From an uncultured bacterium (GTDB lineage: Bacteria > Verrucomicrobiota > Verrucomicrobiia > Verrucomicrobiales > DEV007), in NCBI GenBank assembly GCA_963977015.1, contig CAXBMO010000008.1, forward strand, positions 64,001 to 128,000: DNA of 64,000 bases, read 5' to 3'. Within the stretch, counting starts at the first letter, position 1, and each line of letters opens with the position of its first letter. Shown here piece by piece: positions 46,958 to 55,973 of this stretch. The position numbers were made by a program, and so were the translations under genes. Below the pieces are notes generated by a model that was not told where the DNA came from, ran no database searches, and worked only from the letters and a program-made list of their open reading frames with translations.

Positions 46958-49675
46958 TTAATTGCAGAGTTTGCACTGAATCCGGGTGCCGCCGGTGCTG
47001 CGCCGGTTAATGGAGAGGCTTGCTCCGATGAGCTGGGAACGATATTCCATGGTTTTGAGGCCGAGCCCCGTTCGCGTGGAATGGCCTGCCGTTGCCGGAT
47101 TGTCAGGATCGAGCCCTTTGCCGTTGTCGGTAACGGTCAGGATGATCTCGCCTTCCCGATCCGATTTGAGCTGGATCGTCAGTTGGGACGCACCGCTATG
47201 GCGAAGCGCATTGTGCATCGCCTCCTGCGCAATCCGGAAGAGGTGATTCGCGGTCGGCGCATCCGGAATCACCAACAGTTCCGGGGTTTTGGGGCCGATA
47301 AACCGGCAGGCCATCTGGTTGGTCGCCTTCGCCCTTGCGGTCAGGCTGCGAATGGCCTCGATGAACTGTCGTGAATCCGCACCGAGAGGATGCAGTCCCT
47401 TGATCAGGCAGCGAAGTCCGGTGATGCCCTCGCCGAGTTCCCTGGAGATCGCCTCAATTTCTTGGGCCTCGGCATTCAATCCCTGGTTTTCGAAGCGTTT
47501 TTGCAGGCCGCGAATTCGCATTTGAAGTCCGCTGAGGACCGAGCCGTGTCCGTCGTGCAGCTCTTTCGCGATGCGTTCCTGCTCTTCTTCAGCCGTTGCG
47601 GTGACTTCCTTCTGGAACTGAATGCGTTGACGGTTGTCCTGAACGATCGCGTTCATCCCAACCGGTTCGCCGGAGGTTCCAAGAATGGGAGCGACGGTCA
47701 GGATGATATCAATCGAAGAGCCATCCTTGTGATTGCGGACCGTTTCGTAGGCGCGGACGGCATTTCCTGCCCGGATGGATTGGGAGAGGGTTGCGAACTC
47801 GTTTTGGCGTTCGGGAGGAGCCAGCATGCGAATGCTCTGACCGATCACTTCGGACGCCTTGTAGCCGAAGAGCCGCTCAGCTCCGGGATTCCAGTGTTGA
47901 ACGGTGCCATCCAAACCGATGCCAACAATCCCGGCTGGACTGAATTCGACCAAGGCGGCCAATCGCGCCTGATCGATCTCGGCCTGCTTTTGCTCGGTAA
48001 TGTCTTCGGTCACTCCCGCCACGCGATAAGGCTTCCCATCATTATCCAGAACCGGAAATCCCCGGCCCCGGACGGTCCGAATGGATCCGTTGGGTTGAAC
48101 CACGCGATATTCCATCGCAAACTCCTCGTCGCGTTGCCGTTGCCAAGTATCGACCACTCGCTCCTGATCGTCCGGATGGATGGCGTCGAGCCAGGACTTG
48201 CTGTCTTTGTAGAGATCGGCAACGGGCCGCCCAAAAACCTGTTCGTAGGACGGGCTGCAATAGACAATTTGGGGCGGATCAATTTGAATCAGCGAGATGA
48301 CATCCGAAGTGTGTTCGGCCAGCTGTCGCATTCGTTCCTCGTTTTCGCGCAGCTTGAGTTCCCCTTCTTTACGTTCCGAAATATCGCGGACAAAAACGCA
48401 GCAAAACTCCTCATTCTGAAACTCGAGGTAATTGACCGCGAGTTCCAGATAGAACATCTTTCCGGCTCGGGACCGGAATCGCCGCTCGGTTTGGAAAAAC
48501 TGAACCTCGCGAAACCGCTGCCACCACGAACCCCATTCCTCGGGATTGAGATCCAGGGCGATGTCCATCACCTTCATCCCGAGCAGACGCTTGGTGCTGT
48601 AGCCGGAAAGCTTGCTCGCCGCTTCGTTGGCGAACCGGAAGCTGCCGTCCGGATTCACCCAGAAAATGGCTTCGCTGCTGCGATCAATCGTAAACTGGGT
48701 TCGCTTCAGGCCCTGCTCGGCCTTGACGCGTTGGGTGAGATCGAAAATCAGCCAGATTTCATGGTCCTGAAACCGGTGATGGGCAAACTGGACGATGCGT
48801 TCGCTGCCGTCTTTGCGGCGAATCGCGATTTTTTGGGAACGATCGCGAAACCCACGTTCGCGCAATTCCTCGTAACGGGCCCGGCTTTGGCTGGCTCCTT
48901 TCCCAAACAGCTTCGCAAACCAATCGTCGATCGATCGAATCTCGATCCGTTCGTAGCCGGTCAACGATTCGGCGGCGCGATTCAGATGCGTTTCTCCCTG
49001 ATCGACAAAAACGGCTGCAGTCGGCAATTCCTCGACCATGCGTTCCAGTCGCTCGGCCTGAAGTCGCCATTGCTCGGCCTCCTTCTCATCGGTGATGTCG
49101 ATCAACGCGGTCCGACAGCTTTCGGGATCACGGTCCGGGTCATCGCGAAATGCGATGCTCTGGAGGCGAGCGTTGAGCAACTTGCCGTCGCCCTTTTGCA
49201 TCTCCAGCTCGCAGGTTTGCCGCAGCCGATGTTCAAAGACCTGCTGCCGGTGGTCGGCAAACGCCTCAAGGCTCTCTTCCGCGACGAAATTGGTGAAATG
49301 GGATCGGCCGAGATCGTGATGTGTGACCCGAAGCATCATGGAAGCCGTCTGATTCGCTTCGAGGATTTTGCCTTCGCGATCGAGGGTCAAATACCCGACC
49401 GGTGCGAATTCGTAGAGGTCACGCGCCTGATCGTTGATGTTCGCCAACTCCTGCTGGGTCGCGAGCAGCTCCTCGTTTTTTTTGCGCAACTCCTCTTCGT
49501 TTGAGCGGAGCATGCGGATGGTCGCCACCAGCTCGGCAAAGGACCATTTTGCGAGTTCATCCTGGGTCGCGGAGTGGGAATCGAGTGCCGACACCTTCGC
49601 TTCGGCTGTCGGACTTAGCACGGGTGTAGACTTTTCGGAAACAGGAGCCTTCGAGGCATGGCTGGTTCGCTTCAT
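46958..49675 (-). CDS. cytoplasmic 5xPAS sensor histidine kinase (HisKA_3 type)
   Basis: Five PAS/PAC units; RIAKELHDG, RIAQEAMHNALRHS, DNGKG, GLGLKTM. Confidence 0.93.
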   Translation of the reverse strand: MKRTSHASKAPVSEKSTPVLSPTAEAKVSALDSHSATQDELAKWSFAELVATIRMLRSNEEELRKKNEELLATQQELANINDQARDLYEFAPVGYLTLDREGKILEANQTASMMLRVTHHDLGRSHFTNFVAEESLEAFADHRQQVFEHRLRQTCELEMQKGDGKLLNARLQSIAFRDDPDRDPESCRTALIDITDEKEAEQWRLQAERLERMVEELPTAAVFVDQGETHLNRAAESLTGYERIEIRSIDDWFAKLFGKGASQSRARYEELRERGFRDRSQKIAIRRKDGSERIVQFAHHRFQDHEIWLIFDLTQRVKAEQGLKRTQFTIDRSSEAIFWVNPDGSFRFANEAASKLSGYSTKRLLGMKVMDIALDLNPEEWGSWWQRFREVQFFQTERRFRSRAGKMFYLELAVNYLEFQNEEFCCVFVRDISERKEGELKLRENEERMRQLAEHTSDVISLIQIDPPQIVYCSPSYEQVFGRPVADLYKDSKSWLDAIHPDDQERVVDTWQRQRDEEFAMEYRVVQPNGSIRTVRGRGFPVLDNDGKPYRVAGVTEDITEQKQAEIDQARLAALVEFSPAGIVGIGLDGTVQHWNPGAERLFGYKASEVIGQSIRMLAPPERQNEFATLSQSIRAGNAVRAYETVRNHKDGSSIDIILTVAPILGTSGEPVGMNAIVQDNRQRIQFQKEVTATAEEEQERIAKELHDGHGSVLSGLQMRIRGLQKRFENQGLNAEAQEIEAISRELGEGITGLRCLIKGLHPLGADSRQFIEAIRSLTARAKATNQMACRFIGPKTPELLVIPDAPTANHLFRIAQEAMHNALRHSGASQLTIQLKSDREGEIILTVTDNGKGLDPDNPATAGHSTRTGLGLKTMEYRSQLIGASLSINRRSTGGTRIQCKLCN

Positions 49676-49863
49676 GGACGCAGAGGTGTTGGCAACCCGG
49701 CCCAGGTCGCCATTGACTGGACGCGATACTAGCGCAAGGAATTCGAAATCGCCAGTTGGGATCCTGAATAGGTTCTAGAATTTCCAGAGGAAGGTACGTG
49801 AAACCGCCCCAATCGACTTTGTGTTACCCCCTATTTACGGAAATCTGATTTTCCTTCAGAATA

Positions 49864-50060
49864 TGGTCATCAGAAAAACCCCACGCTGCATTCATCCTGC
49901 AGCACTGCGTTAATTACGCAACTTATAGGCAATTGCCGAAGTTGTGGTGCCTTGAAAAACCCCGGACGGGTAAGAGTTGGGCAGGGCGTTTTGTCTGGCA
50001 CCACAGCTTCAATTTGCCATGGGTTTTCCCCACTCTTGAAGGTGCTGAGGCTTCTGACCA
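49864..50060. ncRNA. candidate structured RNA (6S-like rod) or palindromic repeat
   Basis: Nested complementary blocks TGGTCA/TGACCA, CAGCAC/GTGCTG, GGCAA/TTGCC, GAAGTTGTGGTGCC/GGCACCACAGCTTC over 197 nt. Confidence 0.35.
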
Positions 50061-50103
50061 ATTCTCCTGCATGACAAATGCCTAGAATTGTTGGCGGGAT
50101 AAA

Positions 50104-50667
50104 TCAATCCATGAATTCACGTTTTTTCACCGCGGCCACGAACGGATACCCTGCTTTCTCAATCGATTCGTTCCCACCTTCTTCGCGGTCGACCAGGCAA
50201 ATCACGAAAGCGACTTTTCCGCCCTCACGCTCAATGGCTTCAATGGCGGTCAGGGTCGATCCCCCGGTCGTAATCGTATCTTCAATCACCGCAACCACGT
50301 TTCCTTCTTCGAATGGCCCTTCGACCTGCCTTCCGCGCCCGTGATCCTTGGCCTCCTTGCGAATGCACAGCGCGTTGAGTGGCTTGGCATCTCCGTTTCG
50401 GTCTGACTGAATCGCCGTTGCCACCGAAATGGGATCCGCGCCCATCGTCAATCCCCCCACCGCATCCACGGAAACTCCGAGCTTGGCCTCCTGTTCGCGA
50501 ACGATCTGGTGAACAATTTGCCCAATCAAATTCGCTCCGCGGGGGTGAAGCGTGGTTTGGCGGCAATCGACGTAGAAATCGCTCTTTTTGCCGGATTTCA
50601 GGGTGAAATCTCCAAAGCAGATTGAGCGCTCTTTAAGCAGGGCAATGAGTTCCTCGCGGGTATCCAT
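50104..50667 (-). CDS. pyrE: orotate phosphoribosyltransferase
   Basis: FTLKSGKKSDFYVD, RKEAKDHG, VIEDTITTGGS. Confidence 0.96.
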   Translation of the reverse strand: MDTREELIALLKERSICFGDFTLKSGKKSDFYVDCRQTTLHPRGANLIGQIVHQIVREQEAKLGVSVDAVGGLTMGADPISVATAIQSDRNGDAKPLNALCIRKEAKDHGRGRQVEGPFEEGNVVAVIEDTITTGGSTLTAIEAIEREGGKVAFVICLVDREEGGNESIEKAGYPFVAAVKKREFMD

Positions 50668-50718
50668 CCGGCAATGGTGCGCGGAATTCGGGCGGGCTCA
50701 ACCAAAACGAGAACAATG

Positions 50719-51456
50719 TTAGCGTTCTTCTTCGTTCGGCGACGACGTCGAGATCACCATCTCCTCCGCGATTGGCAACAGCTCTTTGGTTGCCATGCGG
50801 GTCGATTCCGGTCCGGAGTTGGCGGCGCAGTTGAAACAGTGGAACGAGAGGCCGACGAGAATCGCGAGTTTGCCGTAGGTCGACACGTTGGGCCACCAGC
50901 CTGCGTTGGTCCAGAATTTCAGGGCGGTTCCCAGTGAGCGCTTCACGCGAATCCGGCCATTCTCGACTTCGAAACTCGCGATTTCGTCGAGAACGAGGTG
51001 AGAAAGGAAGCCGAGCGTGACGGCGACGGATTTGAACAAGCGCGGCCCGAGCTCCTGATACGAACAGACGAGGAAAATGACCATGCCCGCCGTCAGCGCG
51101 GCCGGAATGCTATGCCACATTCCCCGGTGCACCGTGTAATTCTTGAAAATGCCTCCGAGGCCGAACCGAACCAGTAGATAAAGGGTGCCCGCCGCGATGA
51201 TAATTTGCTCTCGGTCGAATCCCCAAACCCGAAACAGATCGATCATCATGACCGACACGGCAGCGGAAACCATGGCCAGGGTTTCGCGAACCGGAACGCC
51301 CGTATCTCCGTCCATATCGGGAAGCATGCCTCCAAGGCTGCAGAGTCCGGCCGCAATAACGGATGATGTGAGCGGCATGCCTTGGCTGTAGCCTAAAGCG
51401 CCAACGCCAACCCCCAGGGCGGTGCTGGTAGTAATGTGAGCTTCAAATCCTGGCAT
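50719..51456 (-). CDS. YdjM-like membrane metal-dependent hydrolase
   Basis: N-terminal H, LPDMD, HRGMWHS, SHLVLD. Confidence 0.87.
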   Translation of the reverse strand: MPGFEAHITTSTALGVGVGALGYSQGMPLTSSVIAAGLCSLGGMLPDMDGDTGVPVRETLAMVSAAVSVMMIDLFRVWGFDREQIIIAAGTLYLLVRFGLGGIFKNYTVHRGMWHSIPAALTAGMVIFLVCSYQELGPRLFKSVAVTLGFLSHLVLDEIASFEVENGRIRVKRSLGTALKFWTNAGWWPNVSTYGKLAILVGLSFHCFNCAANSGPESTRMATKELLPIAEEMVISTSSPNEEER

Positions 51457-51586
51457 ATATTCCTAATTATTTAAATGTCAGGATACACAAAAGAAATTCA
51501 ACGACAAGCGGAAAACGAAAAACCACATCCTGGCGAGTGGTTCCCCGCCCTTATTGCGCTAAAGTTAGGGAACTACAACCGAAAGA

Positions 51587-53026
51587 ATGCGACTAACTCT
51601 CTTTGTGATTGCCGGCTTCCTCGCAATCGCCCTAACAGGATTCTATTTTTTGCTGCGTTCCGTCTATGATGACGTGGAGCGGCAATACGCTCAAGCCGCG
51701 GAAGAACCCATGGTGGACATGGCGCATCTGTTTGCCGCGTTGATCGAAACCGAGATCAACGAAGGGGTCATTGATCCCGCCAGATTTCGGGACGCGTTTG
51801 ATCGGGCTTATTCGCGGGAACTGCGTGCCAAGATCTACAACTTGGTGAAAACCAAGCTCTTTACCCACGTTTATATCACCGATGCAAACGGGATCGTGCT
51901 GTTTGACTCCGAGCGACCGGACAATGTCGGCGAGGACTTTACGGAATGGCGGGATGTATCACTAACGCTGAAAGGAAGATACGGCGCGCGTTCATCGCGA
52001 ACCGTCTCCGACAACTCCCTAACATCCGTCCTTTTTGTTGCCGCGCCCATCTACGCCAAGGGCGACATTATCGGCGTTGTGTCGGTTTCCCGCCCGGAGG
52101 AATATACCATGGGGATGTTTGTCAGGGAAACGCGGGACACGATCCTGAAAAGCGGCATTTGGGCCGCGATTGTTGTCGTCGTGTTGGGAGCGGCTTGGAC
52201 GTATTGGTTGTTGCGCCCGATATCCCAGTTGACTGATTATGCGAAAGCGGTCCGGTTTGGCGAACGCGTCGAACTCCCGAAATTGGGAAACGCGGAATTG
52301 CGTGGACTTGGCCAGGCGTTGGAGGAAATGCGGGATGCGCTGGAAGGAAAGCAATATGTCGAGACCTATGTCCAAACGCTGACCCACGAATTGAAGAGCC
52401 CGTTGGCCGCGATTCGCGGAGCTGCCGAGTTGTTGGATGAGGAGATGCCGCGGGAGAAGCGCAGCCGTTTCCTCGAAAATATCCGCGATGAAACGAAACG
52501 CAGTGAGGATTTGGTGAGGCGCCTGCTCCAACTTGCCGCGCTGGAAAGTCGCAAGTCGCTCAATAAATCCGAGAGCATCGACATGGTGGAGCTGATTCAA
52601 TCGGAGATCGAACGCGTTCAACCGTTGTTGGCGGCACGGTCGCTCCACATTTCGCTCGATGCCGGTCAGGCACCCAAAGCGACCGTCCATGGCGATCGCT
52701 TCACCCTGCAAACCGCGCTTCACAATCTATTGGCCAACGCGATCGATTTTTCGCCGGAAGACGGGGAAGTGGTGATTCAGTATCGCGTTACCGAGGACGA
52801 GGTGACGATCCGGATCTGCGATTCCGGGCCCGGCATTCCCGACTACGCCGAGACGAAGGTTTTTGACCGGTTTTACTCTCTCAAGCACACCATCTCCGGC
52901 AAGAAGAGTTCCGGATTGGGGCTGTGTTTTGTCAAGGAAGCAGCCGACCTCCACAACGGATCGATTCGATTGGAGCCGAACGATCCCACGGGAGTCTGTG
53001 CGATCCTCTCGTTGCCCGTCGCCTAA
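51587..53026 (+). CDS. creC: CreC-like sensor histidine kinase
   Basis: WRDVSLTLKGRYGARSSR, LEGKQYVETYVQTLTHELKSP, NAIDFSP, FDRFYSL. Confidence 0.88.
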   Translation: MRLTLFVIAGFLAIALTGFYFLLRSVYDDVERQYAQAAEEPMVDMAHLFAALIETEINEGVIDPARFRDAFDRAYSRELRAKIYNLVKTKLFTHVYITDANGIVLFDSERPDNVGEDFTEWRDVSLTLKGRYGARSSRTVSDNSLTSVLFVAAPIYAKGDIIGVVSVSRPEEYTMGMFVRETRDTILKSGIWAAIVVVVLGAAWTYWLLRPISQLTDYAKAVRFGERVELPKLGNAELRGLGQALEEMRDALEGKQYVETYVQTLTHELKSPLAAIRGAAELLDEEMPREKRSRFLENIRDETKRSEDLVRRLLQLAALESRKSLNKSESIDMVELIQSEIERVQPLLAARSLHISLDAGQAPKATVHGDRFTLQTALHNLLANAIDFSPEDGEVVIQYRVTEDEVTIRICDSGPGIPDYAETKVFDRFYSLKHTISGKKSSGLGLCFVKEAADLHNGSIRLEPNDPTGVCAILSLPVA

Positions 53027-53037
53027 CAAGCTTTTCC

Positions 53038-54027
53038 CTACATTCCGAGCAACTTGTCCGGAGCGAGATAGTTCTGCACGTAGTCCTTCACGCTATCTTC
53101 CAGACTGGTGATTTCCGCATCATAAGCCGCCGAGCGAAGCTTATCGATATTGGCGCACGTATGATACTGATACTTCGCCCGCAGATGATCTGGCATATCG
53201 ATAAACTCGATGTTCGGCTCAAGATCCATTGCCTGGAAAATCGCAGTCGCCAGATCGACCCAGGTTTTCGCGATTCCTGAACCGACGTTGTACAATCCAC
53301 CCGCATCCGCATGGTTCGCGAGATGAATGGAGATGGCCGTGGCGTCTTTGACATAGAGAAAGTCGCGTTCCTGCTTTCCGTCCTCGTAATCCGGACGATG
53401 ACTGCGGAACAGCTGGACCTTGCCCGTATCGCGGATTTGCGCGAACGCCTTGTTCACCACGCTGCGCATGTCGGCCTTGTGATCCTCGTTCGGCCCAAAC
53501 ACGTTGAAGTATTTCAGGCCGACAATCTGATCGAGAAATCCGTTTCGCTGCGCGTAAAGATCGAAGAGGTGCTTCGAGTAGCCATACATGTTGAGCGGGC
53601 GCAGTTTGACAATGTCAGGGTCCTGATCATCCATTCCGTGCTCGCCATCTCCATAGGTCGCGGCTGAGGACGCGTAGACAAATCGGGTGTCGCGGGCGAG
53701 AGACCACTTGGCGAGAAGCTTGGTGAATTCGAAGTTGTTCCGCATCAGGTAAGCGGAATCGCGCTCGGTCGTGGCGGAGCAGGCGCCCAAATGGAAAACC
53801 TGGCTGACGTTCCCGAGGAAGTCCGGCCGGGCTTCAACCTGTTCGATCAGCACATCGGCGTCGACATAGTCGGCATAGCGAAGGCCCACCAGATTGCGCC
53901 ACTTTTCATCGGAATGAAGCCGGTCACTGATGATGATGTTGTCAAAACCCCGCTCGTTCAGAGCCCAAACCATGGCGCTGCCGATAAACCCGGCACCACC
54001 GGTAACCAAAATAGAATCCGTTTTCAT
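53038..54027 (-). CDS. rfaD: ADP-L-glycero-D-manno-heptose 6-epimerase
   Basis: TGGAGFIGS, HLGACSATTE, YASSAATYG, PLNMYGYSK, YFNVFGPNE. Confidence 0.95.
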   Translation of the reverse strand: MKTDSILVTGGAGFIGSAMVWALNERGFDNIIISDRLHSDEKWRNLVGLRYADYVDADVLIEQVEARPDFLGNVSQVFHLGACSATTERDSAYLMRNNFEFTKLLAKWSLARDTRFVYASSAATYGDGEHGMDDQDPDIVKLRPLNMYGYSKHLFDLYAQRNGFLDQIVGLKYFNVFGPNEDHKADMRSVVNKAFAQIRDTGKVQLFRSHRPDYEDGKQERDFLYVKDATAISIHLANHADAGGLYNVGSGIAKTWVDLATAIFQAMDLEPNIEFIDMPDHLRAKYQYHTCANIDKLRSAAYDAEITSLEDSVKDYVQNYLAPDKLLGM

Positions 54028-54030
54028 AAC

Positions 54031-55041
54031 TCAGGCGCCTCCGTTCGTGCGGAGGAAAAGATAATAGCAATAGCCCAGATAGAGGAGAAGCAGGACGATG
54101 CCTTCCAGGCGATCCAGTCTCTTGCGGGTAAACATGAACGGGGCGACGATCAGAAGCGCGGCGATCATCACCATCACGTCAACATTGCTGACGCCATCGA
54201 CCGTCGCCATCGGTTTCATCAGGACCACGATCCCGAGGACCGCGGTGATGTTGAAAATGCAGGATCCAATCGCGTTCCCAACGACGATGTCCCCGTGTCT
54301 GCGAATCGTGGCGACGATTGCCGTCGCAATTTCCGGGAGAGATGTTCCGATCGCGATCAAGGTCAGGCCGATGATGGGTTGTGGGACCCCAAAATGTTCG
54401 GCAATCGCGACGGAGCCGGTTTTGAGCGATTCGGCGCCGGCAACGAGCAGCACCAGGCCGATGAGAATGAGGCCAATGTCGATCAGGGCCTTGACCAGGC
54501 TGGGTTTGGTCGTTTCGCCAACCTCTTCCTCAAATTCTTCGAGCATGGCGGGCTCAGCGCCTTTCTTGACCAAAATTCCGCAGGCGATCAGGTAGGCCAC
54601 AATGCCGGCAAACAGCAGGGCGCCTTCGCCGCGGGAAACGGCGTGGTTCCAAACGACGAATCCAAAGACGAACGAACCCACGATCAAGACCGGCATGTCG
54701 AACTTCAGAATCTGGCGATGGACGGAGAGGGGTCGAATCGCGGCCGCGATGCCCAGCATCAGCAGAATGTTGCAGATGTTGGAACCGACCACGTTTCCAA
54801 CCGCAGTTCCGGTCAGCCCTTCCTTGTTCAGGGAAATTCCGACGAAAAGCTCGGGCGCGCTGGTGCCGAAGGCGACAATCGTCAGGCCGATGATCAATGG
54901 GGAAACGCCAAACATGCGGGCCATGTTCACGCTCCCTTTCACGAGCCATTCGGCTCCAAAAAAGAGAAGGACGATTCCGAACAGAACCAAGCCTGCGTTG
55001 GCGGGCAGTCCTTCAAATTGAAGATTTGGGAGATTATTCAT
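54031..55041 (-). CDS. calcium/sodium antiporter (YrbG family)
   Basis: Two alpha repeats GTSAPE/GTSLPE and GNVVGSN/GNAIGSC; probable ATG 55041. Confidence 0.92.
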   Translation of the reverse strand: MNNLPNLQFEGLPANAGLVLFGIVLLFFGAEWLVKGSVNMARMFGVSPLIIGLTIVAFGTSAPELFVGISLNKEGLTGTAVGNVVGSNICNILLMLGIAAAIRPLSVHRQILKFDMPVLIVGSFVFGFVVWNHAVSRGEGALLFAGIVAYLIACGILVKKGAEPAMLEEFEEEVGETTKPSLVKALIDIGLILIGLVLLVAGAESLKTGSVAIAEHFGVPQPIIGLTLIAIGTSLPEIATAIVATIRRHGDIVVGNAIGSCIFNITAVLGIVVLMKPMATVDGVSNVDVMVMIAALLIVAPFMFTRKRLDRLEGIVLLLLYLGYCYYLFLRTNGGA

Positions 55042-55058
55042 GGTCAGCGAAAGGGCGG

Positions 55059-55751
55059 TTATCCTGCCGAGTGCGCACGCCTTCGCCAAGGGAAAATCCA
55101 AGAAAATGCCCAAGCCCAGAATCGGGCAAAGCCCCCGAGTTTATCGAGCGTCGCGGCGTGGAGCATTTCCTCCAGTTGATTGAACTCTTTTCCGGCCTTG
55201 AGGAGCCGCGTGTTGTAAATCACGTCCTTCGCGCGTCCTGACGCATCAAATTCGACCGGCATCGTCAGAATATTCTGCAGCAGGATCATCGACCAACTTC
55301 CTCCCAGGACAGCCATGCCGACTCGCGGCCGGATCACCATCAGGGGCAGGGAAATCGCGAAAAAGAGAGTCGTGAGGTAAGCGGTCGATTTGATGGCGGA
55401 TTGGCGCCACAGCAGCGGTTTGTGGCCGGCCGCATGTTGAATGGCGTGTCCGGCCTCATGCGCCGCGATTCCGGCGGCGGCGAGGGTTTGGCCGTGAAAA
55501 TTCTCCGGCGCGAGTTTCAAGGTTTTGGTGCGCAGATCGTAGTGATTCGTCAGGAGTGCGCGACTCTCCACAACCTCCACATCCTCAATTTTTTTCAGAG
55601 AGAGAATGCGGCGGGCCAATTCGGCTCCGGTGAGATCCAGCGAGAAGTCCTCCAAGCGAAACTTTCCTTCGCGTTTGAGGCGAAATTGACGCGCCGCCAT
55701 CCCAATCAAGGAGGAAATGCCGAAGAGGAGGATGCCGATTCGAAGGAGCAT
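55059..55751 (-). CDS. YugP-like neutral zinc metallopeptidase
   Basis: TGAELARRIL, NHYD, AAHEAGHAIQH, PVEFDAS.RA. Confidence 0.88.
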   Translation of the reverse strand: MLLRIGILLFGISSLIGMAARQFRLKREGKFRLEDFSLDLTGAELARRILSLKKIEDVEVVESRALLTNHYDLRTKTLKLAPENFHGQTLAAAGIAAHEAGHAIQHAAGHKPLLWRQSAIKSTAYLTTLFFAISLPLMVIRPRVGMAVLGGSWSMILLQNILTMPVEFDASGRAKDVIYNTRLLKAGKEFNQLEEMLHAATLDKLGGFARFWAWAFSWIFPWRRRAHSAG

Positions 55752-55973
55752 GGGTGGGAAGATCAGCGCGATTGCCGGTCAGCAGGCTGATTCGCGGGTT
55801 TTTGGGAAATCCAGTGAAGCCCAGCCTTGCCCGAGTTTCAACTCCACCCCGCACCGAGTTTTGACACTCAATCTGCCGAAAATGCGTAAATTCGTCGATT
55901 GATGAACCGCCGGGATTAGGGCAACGATGCTGCGCCCACGCGTTCAATCTCAGCGTAACGGTTTCTGACCGAC

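Noticed and set aside
55861-55892. TTGACA sigma-70 promoter upstream of the RND permease
   Set aside because: No good -10 hexamer at 16-18 nt spacing
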